Shown here one piece after another: positions 1-13,633 of a stretch of DNA of 64,000 nt (position 1 is its first letter; each line of letters begins with the position of its first letter). The notes below the pieces were generated by a model that was not told the origin of the DNA, made no database searches, and saw nothing but the letters and a program-made list of their open reading frames with translations. The stretch is taken from positions 38,688,001-38,752,000 of the forward strand of contig NC_047019.1 of the NCBI RefSeq assembly GCF_902652985.1. The letters run 5' to 3'. Position numbers and translations under genes: made by a program. This DNA comes from Pecten maximus (taxonomy: Eukaryota).

Positions 1-3000
1 TAGTTAGACCTGATGCGGTACATTTTGTCTGGATTAAAGATTAATGTCTTGGCCATAGACATGTCCGTTAAACACTAATGTTGGTTTCGTCAATATTAGA
101 GCAGACTTATTGGAGACCTGAGATTACAGTCGGAACCTGTAACTCCTTCAATTTAGTTTCCTATCAATTAACTTAAAGATTTAGAATATTTTACCAATAT
201 TTACTTAATGTTATGTACCTTATGAAAATCTAATCGAACATTTTGTGATGGATTAGAACGCAAAATATTTCTTCTTTCTGAAACAATCAATGAACTTTTT
301 AATCTTGAAAGGTGAAAACGGTCTATTTCGAATAATTTACAACATTTCCTGTTGAATTTTAACCAACCTTCAAATAACCTTATCGGCATGAATCAAAAGG
401 GAACGTGGCCAAGTCTAATTTCGCGTAATGCAAGTGACGGCCGGGACCCGGTGATGTGATGTCATTCGATTATTGATGACGTTAATAACAATTGCAGTTC
501 GGGTCAAAGTTCGAAGCATTAAACACGTTTATAAATGTTTTATGACGATTGTGCATTGATATTTGATTTTAAAGGTAGAAAATCTAATATTCTTGTATCA
601 GCATAAGTTACAGTAATAAAGATAATTGTCACTAGTTTAAGTTGTTTTTCTGTGATTTCCTGCGGAGATTATCTCATATGTCGTATTTCTGAAATATTAC
701 AAAATGCTTTCTCTTTTTATTCTTCCGACCATATTGATAATTATCCTGCCATTGATATTCGGCTTAAAGGAAACGTAGGAAAAAAGAGAGATTATTTAAT
801 CTAATTTTGACTGGTTCATATTTAGATAACGATCACGTGAGTTTGTATTCCGAGACTCCGTGGCTCCTGGTAACTGTGAACGGTTTACATTAATTAGCAT
901 AAAACAGTGTCTCCTTAAAAACTGATTACGGTTTCTCATAATGATGCTGCGGAACGTGCTGCGTTATCCAAAGGTTTCACCTCGGCGTAATTTTACTAAT
1001 TCCAGTTGTTCGTGAGAACAGGGGTATTGTTGGTTCTGTCACCTTGTATGTTATTACCAAACTCTTTTAAACAATCAATGTCATTTCAATTATTGGTTAA
1101 TGCCTTGAAATTTGAAGATAATAGACAAATATTTCGAAATAATATCCAATAAATTCGAGTTAGCTTCTCTTGCTCGAATTAGAACAACTCTTGTCATTAA
1201 AGCGTCATTCCCGCAGATTAAATGGTTCAGGGAATCAAACATTTTGTCCTGTAGCGTTTAAAGTGAGTGAATTAAGGTTAGGCTATATATTTATTTTCTC
1301 ACAATAATGAATTAAATTTGCTATAAATTAGTTGGCTCTTAAATTGCTTCAATTCGAATTGATTCGAAAGAAGAAGACAAAATTCTCAATAGAACACAAG
1401 AAAAACAAATATCCCTTGGAACACTGCCTCCGCCATCGCAAATTTCAGGCAAAGATGGATGGTATTAATTCTGATGCTATTAATCTTAAGGAAGAGGTCG
1501 ATAAGTTAATATTTTTTCAGGAAAAATCTCGATCCGGATTACAGTTTTCACTTGAGATGTGACTGTTAAAGGGACTCTAATGATATCATGGATAGTTCAT
1601 CTATTACCAACAAGCTGGGATGTTGTTCTGTGACTGGCGGCATTCTCCCTATCATGACACGTATTGGTTGATAATGAGTAGACTTTTTGGTTATAGTAAA
1701 CGTTTGGAATAGCGTTTTCCAAATAGCACTGCGTAGATATAAAACAAAAACAAAAACTCGATGTAGGACATTGCTGTGACAGCGAGGTTTTGGACACGTG
1801 ACAACGTTTGGTAGTTAAAAGAATGCCTTTCCCACTCATAGGACTACAATTCACAGGAAATCGAAAAGTCACAATAGAGACGGGTCATATTACACGTGTG
1901 TGATAAAGTAAATGTAGGTAATGGAAGTTATATGATAAACTGATATTAGTATGTAAACAAACGCATGAGTTTCGTATGTTGACTATGGAATTTGTTGTGA
2001 AACCAGAAGCTGTGATTGATTGCTGTTGTTGTCTCTGGTAGGCAAGACCATGGGACTATATTATCTTTGGAACACCTTTTCTGGTCTAATGTCCGTTTAA
2101 AACAAATGATGTAATATGATTCGTTTTGCACGTGTTTCATGCCCTTTGAAATGTGTTTTACTAGACATAGCATTAAGGCAACAGCTCGCGATTCTTAATG
2201 GCTAAATTCAATTTGCAATAAATTCTAAATGGACGAAACTGTAAGATTGAGTTCATTGGAATCCTTTTAAGAAATTCCAGACTTTTTTTATCCTGAGTAT
2301 CTTCCAAAGAAATGAGACGTTCTCCGAAACATGTTTGTAATTGATATCCTCAGAATGTCTCCCACAAAGAAATGTGATACGTTTCCTCGCTCCTTGACAG
2401 AAGATGGAGTACTGCGATGCTGAGGAGATTTTTCTCACCACATGATAGAATGAATGGGACGTTTTGTGGGACTTTGTCGATTTGTCTTCAATCTATCACG
2501 TCGTTTAGCCGGATGTTGTATATAGATAGCCTTAACGACGGCTTTCCAAACCGGATATAGAGTTGGTGGGGTCTCGTACAATGACGTCATAGCCTAATAA
2601 GGACCTGTCATGATAGCGCTGGTTGGTGTTATAAACATGCTGCTTTTAGTAATCTGACAGTAGGAAACCTCGCCTCACGGCCCTTATCTATAAATACAGA
2701 ACTAATCCCACAGGACTTTGTGTGTAGCGACAAAACCTGAAATTGAACGATTCTCTTGTTACGGAATTGAATAAAACCCACTGTGAAACACATTTACGTA
2801 CCAACGGGATATATGTACTTGGAATGCTACAATTTGGGTTTCAATGGATTTTCAATCTGAGCAGACAACACACGCTGGGTATTGGGGAAATACTGTCTTT
2901 CTGCATATACATGTATTACTTTCAAATCAATGCGTATTCCTTAAAACCATTATCATTAATTCCATCTAAATAATTAGTAATCAATGTAAACACTGGGACA

Positions 3001-3269
3001 CATGGAGTAATTGTCATGAGGATGTCTGGAAAGTACAGATGTCTGAAATCAATTCACTTCATCAACCCTGGAAACTCTTATTGCATTCCTTGTGTTAGTA
3101 AAATACATTACGGCTCAAGGTTTAAATCATATCACTTCTTTTCATCAATATAACAAACTAACCTCAACTGTTCATCTGTTTTATTTCATCAGAGGACATA
3201 CACATATAAGTTATCATATAAACAATGTCTAGTAAGTTAAAGTGACAGTATACAGTACAATGATACAAT

Positions 3270-4125
3270 ATAGGTAAATGGTACAATATAGGTAAATATT
3301 AAATACTATATTGTGACGATATGTTCCAATATAGGTAAATATTAAATACTGTATAGTGACGATATGTTCCAATATAGGTAAATACCTAATACTACGGTAT
3401 GTTGGTTTGGTTTAGTTTTATTTGTTTAACGTCCTATGAACAGCTAAGGTCATTTAAGGACGGCCTCCCGTGCGTGCGATATGCATGCGTGTGGTGGGTG
3501 CGTATGTGCATTTTGGGAGGCTGCGGTATGTTCGTGTTAAGTCTCCTTGTGATAGGCCGGAACTTTTGCCGATTTATAGTGCTACCTCACTGAAGCATAC
3601 TGCCGAAGACACCCAGCAGCACACCCCACCCGGTCACATTATACTGACAACGGGCGAACCAGTCGTCCAACTCCTAATATGCTGAGCGCCAAGCAAGAGC
3701 AGCAACAACCATTTTTAAAGACTCTGGTATGTCTCTGCCAGGGGACAGAACCCAAAGCCTTCCTCACAGGGGCGAACACTCAACTAAATAAAAAAGTCAG
3801 GCATTGTCAAGGGAGACATTAGGAAGAAGAAAGTTGGTAAGAAAGAAGAGAAAAGATAAGATCCCAAAGTCGCCTCTTACGATCATGCTATGGGGGCAGC
3901 AGGTACAATTCTTAGGCCCTACCTGCAGGTCATACGGTATGTCCCAATATAGGTAAATATTAAATACTATATAGTGACGATATGTTCCAATACAGGTAAA
4001 TACTAAATACTTTATAGTGACGGCATGTTCAAGTACAGGTAAATACAAAATTCTAAAGTGGCGGTATGTTCCAATACAGGTAAATATATATTAAAAACTA
4101 TAATAACAGTATGTTCCAATACAAA
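3270..4125. repeat. Degenerate ~43-bp tandem repeat split by the SINE
   Basis: tgttccaatataggtaaatattaaatactatatagtgacgata units on both sides of 3403-3932. Confidence 0.8.
3403..3932 (-). mobile_element. SINE with Meta-like central domain and 10-bp TSD
   Basis: TSD TACGGTATGT at 3393-3402 and 3933-3942. The minus strand carries …ttgcttggcgctcagcat…gtcagtataatgtgaccgggtgggg (resembles the MetaSINE core, from recollection) and ends in an (aaacc)-type tail. It interrupts a ~43-bp tandem repeat. Confidence 0.78.
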
Positions 4126-4847
4126 TAATGCACTTTACTATCAGTCAAAATCTATTTTTAGTTGGTGTTCAGATGAAAAACAAGATGATTTTGAATCTTG
4201 GCTCAATGTGTTAAACATAACATGATTACTGCCCGTACATTGATGTGTATGTGGTTATGGTGTTCTCCTGGGTTCGTACATTTCGACAGTCAGATCTCGG
4301 TCACAACTATTATCAATGTTTATATTACAGTAGTGTAGTGTGTGAACTATATTAAAACATTAATAGTTATAGTGAGATTGCCCCATCAACACAGAATCTG
4401 TCTAAAGCGCTATATATTGTAAAAGTTAGTTAAGTATAAGCCAACATACTTCATTCCATGTTGCTACTGCAAAACATATATTAATTAACGACAACAAAGA
4501 CATTTCCTGCAGGTGAAAAATAAGTACTAGAGTTTGTATATATTGAAAAACCGTCTTGCTCACATGGAATTCCCGTGTAGTCACAAGAAAGATGGCTAAT
4601 GCATTTGGGGTTGGTGTTCAATGTATTCTTCACCGCCAACGCTAACATAAATCATTTGTATTAGCGTTCGTTGCTGTTATAAAGGTCTGTCAACGCTTTA
4701 TCACCCTCATACAATGACGTAAGCTTGCTGGTATGTGTTTTTTTTTTTTTATCTATTTCTATTATCTGGTTGAGAAACACATTTGGTGTTCTAAAAGGTA
4801 TTTCTTTGCCATTAACGTTTTTTAATTTCCTGTTTCATTCTCTCCAG

Positions 4848-4902
4848 ACTGTATGGAATCGACGGTTGCACTCGGCGACATTCGTCTTGTCTAATGCTGT
4901 GA
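4848..4902 (+). CDS. Possible short terminal exon of an upstream gene ending in a CaaX box (LYGIDGCTRRHSSCLML*)
   Basis: Long polypyrimidine tract plus tctccAG acceptor. The phase-2 frame ends …RRHSS-CLML-stop. No partner exon found in the window. Confidence 0.25.
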
Positions 4903-5339
4903 AATTAAGCGTGAACATGTGCATCTGATTTGCAATTGAATAACAAAATGTTTCTTATGACAAATACGATATGTTGAATATTCTGACGGGGACATTCATC
5001 CAACGTGTTAAGATCAGGGAGGTGTCATAATGCTAGTCCGTGACTTGCGCATACGGGCGGATTACTGTCGGTGACTGGAGGTTGGTAATACATCAGCAAC
5101 GTATTAAGTCTAGAAACCATTACTTACCCCTACCACAGCCATGCAAATACTCCTCTACACCTGATGCCATCGCTAACGTCTCTCGTTTCAAGTTACATTT
5201 GACATTTAAGAAGGAGGAAAAATTAATTCTGTGTGTTTCTTACTGACACAAAATGTTTGATCGATTTCTCAGAAAGTTCTGCTAACACAAGGCAATAATA
5301 AAAGAAAGCAAGACTAGCCATTTTTGCCACATTCTGACA

Positions 5340-5910
5340 ATCTCTTAAACACGTTCCGGCAGTGTCAGGAAATCTCCTAAGCACGTTCCGGCAGTGTGTC
5401 GGGAAATCTCCTAAGCACGTTCCGGCAGTGTCAGGAAATCTCTGAAGCATGTTCCGGTAGTGTGTCGGGAAATCTCTTAAGCACGTATCGACAGTGTGTA
5501 GGGAAATCTCTTAAGCACGTCCCGGCAGTATGTCGGAAATATCTTTAGCACGTTCCGGCAGTGTTTCGGGAAATCTCCTAAGCACGTTCTGGCAGTGTCA
5601 GGAAATCACTTAAGCACGTCCCGGCAGTGTGTCGGGAAATCTCTTAAGCACGTCCCGGCAGTGTGTCGGGAAATATCTTAAGCACGTTCCGGCAGTATGT
5701 CGGAAATCTCTTATGCACGTTCTGGCAGTGTGTCGGGAAATCTCTTAAGCATGTCCCGGCAGTGTGTCGGGAAATCACTTAAGCACGTCCCGGCAGTGTG
5801 TCGGGAAATCTCTTAAGCACGTCCCGGCAGTGTGTCGGGAAATCTCTTAAGCACGTATTGACAGTGTGTCGGGAAATCTCTTGAGCACATTCCGGCAGCG
5901 TGTCGGGAAA
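5340..5910. repeat. 34-bp minisatellite, about 17 copies
   Basis: Unit gaaatctcttaagcacgtcccggcagtgtgtcgg. Confidence 0.95.
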
Positions 5911-6076
5911 CGGAACAAAGATATCCAGCCATCATCACGTCACGTCCTTGGTGTTCTGTGTGTTTAGGTCGAGCCTCAGTTACGATACACCGTTTTATGA
6001 TTTGGAGGAGAGTGCCAACCCTCATTTTAGATATAGCGATAACAATTATTCACTAAATGTGAACGTAGAGATACAC

Positions 6077-6128
6077 ATGTATGATTTTTTCCTTTATGTC
6101 CTCGCCATTCTGACAGTTTCGAAAGTAG
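6077..6128 (+). CDS. Candidate first coding exon (signal-peptide-like MYDFFLYVLAILTVSKV)
   Basis: ATG at 6077, hydrophobic stretch FFLYVLAILTV, donor AG|GTATGC at 6129 in phase 1. It joins in frame to the VWA exon (…SKV-D-CALKLD). No transcript support. Confidence 0.42.
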
Positions 6129-9100
6129 GTATGCTGGTTCTGCCATTCTGTTTTGAAACTTAACAATAGAGGTAGCGTTTGTTAATGGTAGTGTTCATAA
6201 ATATAAGCAATTTCTATTTCTATTGAAAAGTGCAGTACCTTTGTTAGACAGTAACACCTCTCCAGAACAAGTATGAACCACCCTGGCAATCCTCCAAATT
6301 GTATGCATTATTTATTTCCAAAAATAAAGTTTTAGCGTATCACATTTAATTTAGACATGAGAGACTAATCTGTTGTTTTTATATGGGCTTTACTGGAAAC
6401 TTTTATGGATCTTTCCCTTGGTGATTTGTTTCTCGAGTCTAATGGGAGTCGTGTGATTAGTTGTTGAAAGAAGACCGTAAATATACCTTCACTACGGCAG
6501 AAATCACCTTGATACACATTTCCCCTGGTTTATCAAGTCTCGCGTTTTCCCGCGTGGCGTGGTTGGTGCAATCCGTCACCAGAAATAATCACTCTATGGC
6601 GATAGCGGGATTCCTGATTTAGAGTTTATTTCTATACAGGCGCGGCGTAACACATGAAGGTCATCGGAATCCAGGGAATCCAATCCGCACTTTTGTGGAT
6701 GTTAAGACAAGTCTACAAAAGTCTTCGTATACGATGATGATTTATTAGTACATGCAACTACAAAACGTTGGATTTGTGTTATATTCAAGTAAACGTGTAT
6801 TTATTTCTTAAACGAATATTACGAAAGCACTTTGAAAGATGGGTCTGTGTTGTTAATGAAAGTGTCTGGTTCAAGTTAGTAATAGTAGAAGCTAGTTCCA
6901 AAAGGCGGTTTTGCCCCAGACACAATCGCAGTTGAGTAAAAGGCACATGGATATTGTCACAACAGCAAGTATCGACTTGTTTAACGTAAAACGAAGTACT
7001 ATGGCGTCTTGAAGTAGAACAAAGCCTGTGGTTGGGCACTAATTTGTGGGTGTTCCATAATAACTAACTATAGACTTCATGGTGTGCTTCAATGGCCATT
7101 CTACGCTGGTCGGAATGGCTTTCTAGACACTGCCACAAGGACTACAACATATAACATATGACTACAGTGCTTCACTCAGAGAGCCATATGTCCAGTCGTT
7201 AGCAATGATCTGTAATGCAGCGTGGAGGCAGAATAGAGATTTATCGGACTACTGTTTAATGTTAGTTTATTCAAACATGGACACGAGAAACATTTTTGCT
7301 GCAATTAAGTGGGACATTATGGCAGCCTTAGTTTTTTTCGCCTGGTAACAACTAAGAAGGGAGACGCCGGAACACGGTCTGGTAGTTTCGTGATATATAT
7401 GTACGTTATATTGTAGGCATAGGTATGTGGGGTCAAACATAATAAAACAAATGACAACACTCATATTTATCAAATATTTTCTAGGAATTTATTACATTTA
7501 TTTAAGGGTAACTGTGGCATAATTGATAAGAAAAGATATATTCGTGTTGACCACGTGATATAACCCCTCTCTAAACCCACCAGCCTCTGTCGATCAGTCG
7601 TTACGTGAGACACACTCGGCATTTATGACACCAAAGAGGCCACGCCACACATCACTGGCTAAAAAATCTAGCAATGAACTCAGGAGCCGTGATCAATATG
7701 GGCCTTGTCAATCAATTTGTCGGTTGCATTTTGTCATAGTCTCTGACCACAAGTGATGGCCGTCTAGCCAAAACAAGCCATAGGATGTGTCCAGTCGCGT
7801 CACACGGACAGTTAGCAGTGATCAGTGATTGGCATTATTCGCCACCTAGCGGATGGTTGCGGAGATTAATGATGGCAGCTGTATGTTACCGACATAATGG
7901 CCCAGCAGTTAACGGTATTTCTCGTGTGACGATTCTAGACAAAACTGCCAGTCCACCAAATGATAGGATATGGCCTCATGCTAAAAGCTGTCTCTCATAT
8001 GTTGCAATGAATCATATGGTACATGTAGGCAGCTGGCCGTAGCCTGTAGTCTTGGCCTCTGATATTACCTACAGCGCCTGATATTTTGATTATAAGAAGA
8101 TGACTTCAAAATGAAAATAAATTTTTTAAAAACATGATAGAGAGTTTGATTTTGGTATTTCCCCCTTGTTGCCTAGCAGTAACTGCTCGGATATTGTTCT
8201 TTAGTGACCCTTTCCTGGCTGAAGTATGAACCACGTGACCTATAGTAGGCACCCCCATTACCATTCAGCCCCGTTGGATTCCTACTCTAGTGTCACCAGG
8301 TCCTAATTCGATATCATTTCCGATATGTCACGGGTTCCCTTTTTGTAGCTCGACAATCTCAGCCATCTCTTTCCGTGACTTGTGATTCTGTGCCGAGACG
8401 TAATCATGCCGAACAGGACATGGGTATTATCTCAGGTTTAATTCTACCATTTTAAGAAAACTTCAAGCCGACAGAATCCAAAGGTAATAATCAGGGAAAG
8501 TAAAAGGAGAAAATTGCGACATATTAAGATTAATTCATCGTATAGGAACGTGGAAAGATTGTGGTGGTTCTAACATCACAAAATTCAATTTTGCCTCATA
8601 AAACCAAACACTGAAAGAATTTCGTTGGCGTCTGGGCTATTCATTCAAATTAGCCCTACCGTGATTTATTTCTTGGCTGATTTACATCCTATAGAATTTC
8701 CGCTAATTTTCAATGAAAAGATTATAAAAAAGACTTTAAAATGTTTGTTTGATATAACTTAAAACACGCTATGACGAGTCTGTCCTGATAAATTCAAAAC
8801 CATTTTGATGATTTGGTCTGATTCAAGCCTTTGTCAGTCTCGTACAGGCGATTAAGCGTGTTGGACCAGTAAATATTGATATCTGCTCTCTCTGGTATAG
8901 TGACTAGACCTTCTACTGCCTTTCGAGTGGATTTTATCAGAGCCTAAGCGACATGAACCAATTGCTTTATCTAAGCCTATGTGACATGACAGCGTGTCAC
9001 GAGTTCTAGATTTCATGCATCTCACTTCTTGTTAGCGTTTGATTTATTTAGTGTATGCAGACACCGTCTATGTATGCCCTACAGAGTTTCTGCTTGTCAA

Positions 9101-10901
9101 CTCTACTTAACCTCTCCAAATTTCTCTGTCCATCCGTAGATGCAGATTAGCCGTCATGGTATTGATCTCGTATGTATTATATTGTCCCTGCGATGTAAAA
9201 TACACTCAAATGGGATATATGACCAAGGTTTTGTTTTGTTTGTATGATAAGGAACTGCTTTGGAGTCAATAACGGGTGCTGGCGGTAAACAATCTTGGAA
9301 ATTAAAGGGAAACATATAAGATATGGTCCGAACCCTCTCTCCTTCAATACACTCTGTAATGTTTCATTTTACTTTGATTGGTGACTTTCGTTGTTTTATC
9401 CCAGTTTACGTCCGAAACTATTTTGTAATGCTTCTATGATCGTTTGAACTTCAAACACAAGTACATGTTCATTAAAACTCCTTATAGTGGTGTGATGGAC
9501 CAACGACTGGATGTTTGAAATAAATCTTATTTTGATTAAAGATATGGTATCAACTTGATAGGGTTGCAATAGATTATAATCAGATCAAATATAAAATGTA
9601 GACATGTTTATGTGACTTTGACAATAACGGTTCCTATATGGAGTTGAAGAGATAATGAAACTATATATAAGGATGGGGTTCTGTGTGGTAAATACACTGT
9701 AACGTTAGGTGGACTGGACTAACGCTTAGAAGACAAACAACGTTTATATTCTCTACCACGATCTGATAGGCTGTTACCCGCGCGCTGTCGACCAATCATA
9801 GTTCGTGTTACGGGTGCAAGTGTAACTACAGGAAGAAGCATGACAATGGCAAATAAGAACATCTGAACGTTTTATCTGTTCTTAGCGTTTTTGGATGATA
9901 TTTTACAAAATATTTTTGATTAAAAATTACACTAACAATAACATTAAAAGCAAAATTCAGCATCATTTATAAGTAAAGTTAATCCGATGATAAGGTAGGA
10001 CCAGAAGGCACAAAGCCGTTCTGATATACAAAATATAATACGAATACCAGAACCAATGTGATCAACGGGATGTTCCATGTGATGTTCCACGTGATGTCCC
10101 CACGTGATGTTCCCACGTGATTTTTTCTTCGTGTGATGTCCCCATATAATGTCAATAAAGTAGCATGCCACTGACAGCAGTATTTTTGGCGTTAAGATGG
10201 CGATTCTCAAAACAAGGTGATCATTAAAGACCTAGGCTTTTGTGAAAACATACAATATTAATACGGTGGAATGGGTTAGATGGAACGTAGGTAGAATGTT
10301 GTGAAAACTTCACTAGCTCATTCACTGACATCTTTTTATCGTTCAAACAGTGTATACTGTGTTTACCCAAATCACATCCTCAAGTCATGTTGTGAAATTT
10401 GGGTCAGACGTGACGTCACCCATGCCTCACTGCAGATCCCTGATGTGATTATTTTCAAGAGATCAAAGACATTGAACAATTGAGTAGCATTCCACGTGTG
10501 AACAAACAGGGTAATAAGTTGTATATACTCCTTAAATCTTACTACAATATCCACACTAGTGGCACTACAGACACCACAAATACATACAAACATGTAAGCA
10601 ATATTGTCCTACGTACTCAAAATCTTTAAAACGAGGACAAAACACGTACAAAATAAACAAATAAACGCGGATAATTTTTTTTTCAAGCGAATAAGATCAA
10701 TAAGATCTGTGTCATCAAAGATACTTAACATGCAAAATCCAGATCATGTCTGGTTAATTAGATTTGAAAGGATTTCGGAGTATACTTTTCTGCTTTATAG
10801 CATGTGAAGAAAGTAGCCACAGCTGTGGGTTGTGACTTTGTGATATCTTGTACATAATGTCTATATGTTCGTAATATCACAATTTTATCATTTTTTTTCA
10901 G

Positions 10902-11432
10902 ATTGTGCTCTGAAACTCGACCTCGTATTCATCATAGACGGTACCAGTGCTGTTCCCCCTCATGACTTCTCTAAACTCAAACAAGCGGTACTTGCGCTCC
11001 TCAGGTGCATGCATGAGCGGGACCAGGTACACGCCGGAGTTATTGTGTACGGATCTACACTGGCTCGCCCCATACCCCTCTCTGGCGACAGGAACAAGCT
11101 CGTGGAGTTGGAGGGGGTCAATCCACCGATGGGACAACCTGAAACACATATCGCACTGTTAAACGGAAGAGCCCTGTTTCGGAAACGAGGCAGGCCACAA
11201 GTGAAGAAAGTTGCAGTTTTCTTAACTAGTGGGTTAGGAAAGTTTGCACAGGAGACAATTCAACAGGCAGAACATGCACGTAAAGAGGGATATAGACTGA
11301 TTGTGGTCACCTTGGCGAGTGAAGTAGAGGGCGCTGACCAGTTACCATGGCGACCCGGAGATATCTTTAAACTGAAAAATGTCAACGAAATGGTGGAAGA
11401 ACTTGGAAAAATAGCCAGGAAAATATGTTCTG
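10902..11432 (+). CDS. Pif-like exon: von Willebrand factor A domain
   Basis: Acceptor ttttttttcAG|, donor G|GTAGGC, phase 1-1. Peptide CALKLDLVFIIDGTSAV…AGVIVYGS…THIAL…KKVAVFLTSG…LIVV…KIC has the VWA strand/helix pattern with flanking cysteines. Confidence 0.92.
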
Positions 11433-11826
11433 GTAGGCATGTAATTGCACACTATTGACTGTAAATGACCTTTTCCCTTAAACAGTTGAAATAAGATTTA
11501 TCCATGGCGAACGCCAAATAACATGGACGTTGACTTTCTCAATAGAATGGTACAAATAATACATTTCGGTATCTAACATTACATATCAAATGGCCGATTT
11601 GCTAAATTATGTTGAAAAACACACGCTCTTGCATATACAGCTTTATCAGATTTTGGTAAATGTAATTTATTTTCTTTATTAACTAAGAGTAAGTTTAACT
11701 CCATGGGTGTCAATTGCAAAATTATAAATTCTGCAAATAATAAAGCAATATTTGTTGTAGTTTTAAACGTATGTGTCACTCTTATCGATTCGAATAAAAT
11801 TAACATGGACTTTAGTGCTGTTGCAG

Positions 11827-11964
11827 TTGCCCATGCGGATGTTGTCAAGCCCCTAGTAAACCAAAACAGAACATCCTCGTTTACAAGGCAACCAAGCAAT
11901 GGTCACGAAGCCCTTGGGGATATTGCTGAGGCTCTCAGAGGGAAGACGGATGGCGACGCTTCAG
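11827..11964 (+). CDS. Pif-like exon: linker (VAHADVVKPLVNQNRTSS…ALRGKTDGDAS)
   Basis: gttgcAG| acceptor, CAG|GTTGGT donor, 138 nt, phase 1-1, open in frame, more GC-rich than its flanks. No recognisable domain. Confidence 0.62.
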
Positions 11965-12554
11965 GTTGGTTACTCAAGCTTTCGATCATGATCGTTGAAT
12001 CAGTTTTTTTCTTTTCTTTTTTTCTTTTTCTTTAGAATTATATTCTTCTGCAATTATTACTTATCTGCATGTGCTCATGTATTCAAAGCCATGGATGTAT
12101 ATTTCTGACCGTAAAGAGAAATGCGTTTGGAAGAGTTTAAGGTATATTATGATTTTGGATACTAAAGTGATAAACGCTCATCTTGAGGATCATGTGACTC
12201 ATGCTCTAATCCTATGTCGAAAAGCTTAATGTCACGGAATTTAACATTTCCAGTGAAATATATTTTGACTTAGTACAAAGATCGAAATTGAAAATTAAAT
12301 TAACAATCAGCAGAAAGCTTCTCTACATACCTCAGTCAGCCAAACTCATATTTACTGGACGAGGGACGACTGTTGCGTAAAGAATATCATTCACAGTAAT
12401 TATCTCCCTTGTCGTTCTTTCGACACTTCATCAATACTTTCCATCTATCGTAGTAAGAGGATATATTCCTGATGTACATACGTTTAAGGTGATATACTGG
12501 TCATGCTTACCAATGCATACCGATAAAGAACATTAACTTAACAGTATGTATATT

Positions 12555-13090
12555 AACAGGACTACGGTTATTAGGGTTAATAACGGTTATCAGGATTACC
12601 TTTATCAGGGTTACGGTTATCAGGACTACAGTTATTAGGACGACGGTTATCAGGACAACGGTTATCAGGTTTACGGCTACCAGGACTACAGTTATCAGGA
12701 TTACGTTTATCAGGGCTACGGTTACCAGGACTACAGTTATTAGGACGACGGTTATCAGGACAACGGTTATCAGGACTACGGTTATCAGGACAACGGTTAT
12801 CAGGACTACAGTTATCAGGACTACGGTTATCAGGACAACGGTTATCAGGACTACAGTTATCAGGACTACGGTTATCAGGACTACAGTTATCAGGACTACA
12901 GTTATCAGGACTACGATAATCAGGATTACGGTTATCAGGACAACGGTCATAAGGATTACGGTTGTCAGGATAACGGCTATCAGGACTACAGTTATTTGGA
13001 CTATGATTTTCAGAACTACAGTCATACGGATTACGGTTATCAGGACAACGGTTATCAGGATTACGGTTATCAGGACAACGGTTATCAGGA
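12555..13090. repeat. 15-bp minisatellite, about 35 copies
   Basis: Unit ggttatcaggactac. Confidence 0.95.
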
Positions 13091-13633
13091 GTGAAAACTC
13101 TCATTTTCAGAAAAATAACGAACCCTCTATTGAATCTGCCCCATTGGAATATACAGTAAATTGTGAAATTAATTCTGACGTTTACCGTCCGAAACCACTT
13201 GCCTAATTATTTTCTTTCACGTTCAGAAAAATATGGTGTTTTGTCTTGTTATAGCAAGATGATAACAGTACTATTTGACTGCTGTACAAAACTAAATAAA
13301 TTAGTCCATCGATACATTGGTAGTAAACCGAGTCCTAACAGAAATGGCATCCCGAGTAAGTGGAAATTTAAAAGTATAAGAATATAAAAACAATAACTTA
13401 CAACATATACCTTCAGCAACAGTCATAAAGATAACGCTGTACTCTACAATACAAACATCGGCTGTTTGACAAATCCTGATCGTTACTTAACTTTATCATA
13501 TTATTGCTATGACTTCAAGTGTCTCATACTTAGTGATGTATGTGTCTAAGCTCCAAATCTTTTCCCCAATAGTTACGTTGGTAAAATGATTTTGATTATT
13601 ACACATTTGTTTTAGGAAGGAATGAAGTTTGGT

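Noticed and set aside
2685-2880. TATA box with a nearby CRE-like TGACGTCA and a possible exon
   Set aside because: Such motifs are frequent in this AT-rich, repeat-rich DNA; no convincing link to a gene.
12507-13104. (ITVVL)n and (PDNRS)n ORFs
   Set aside because: A 15-bp minisatellite open in several frames.
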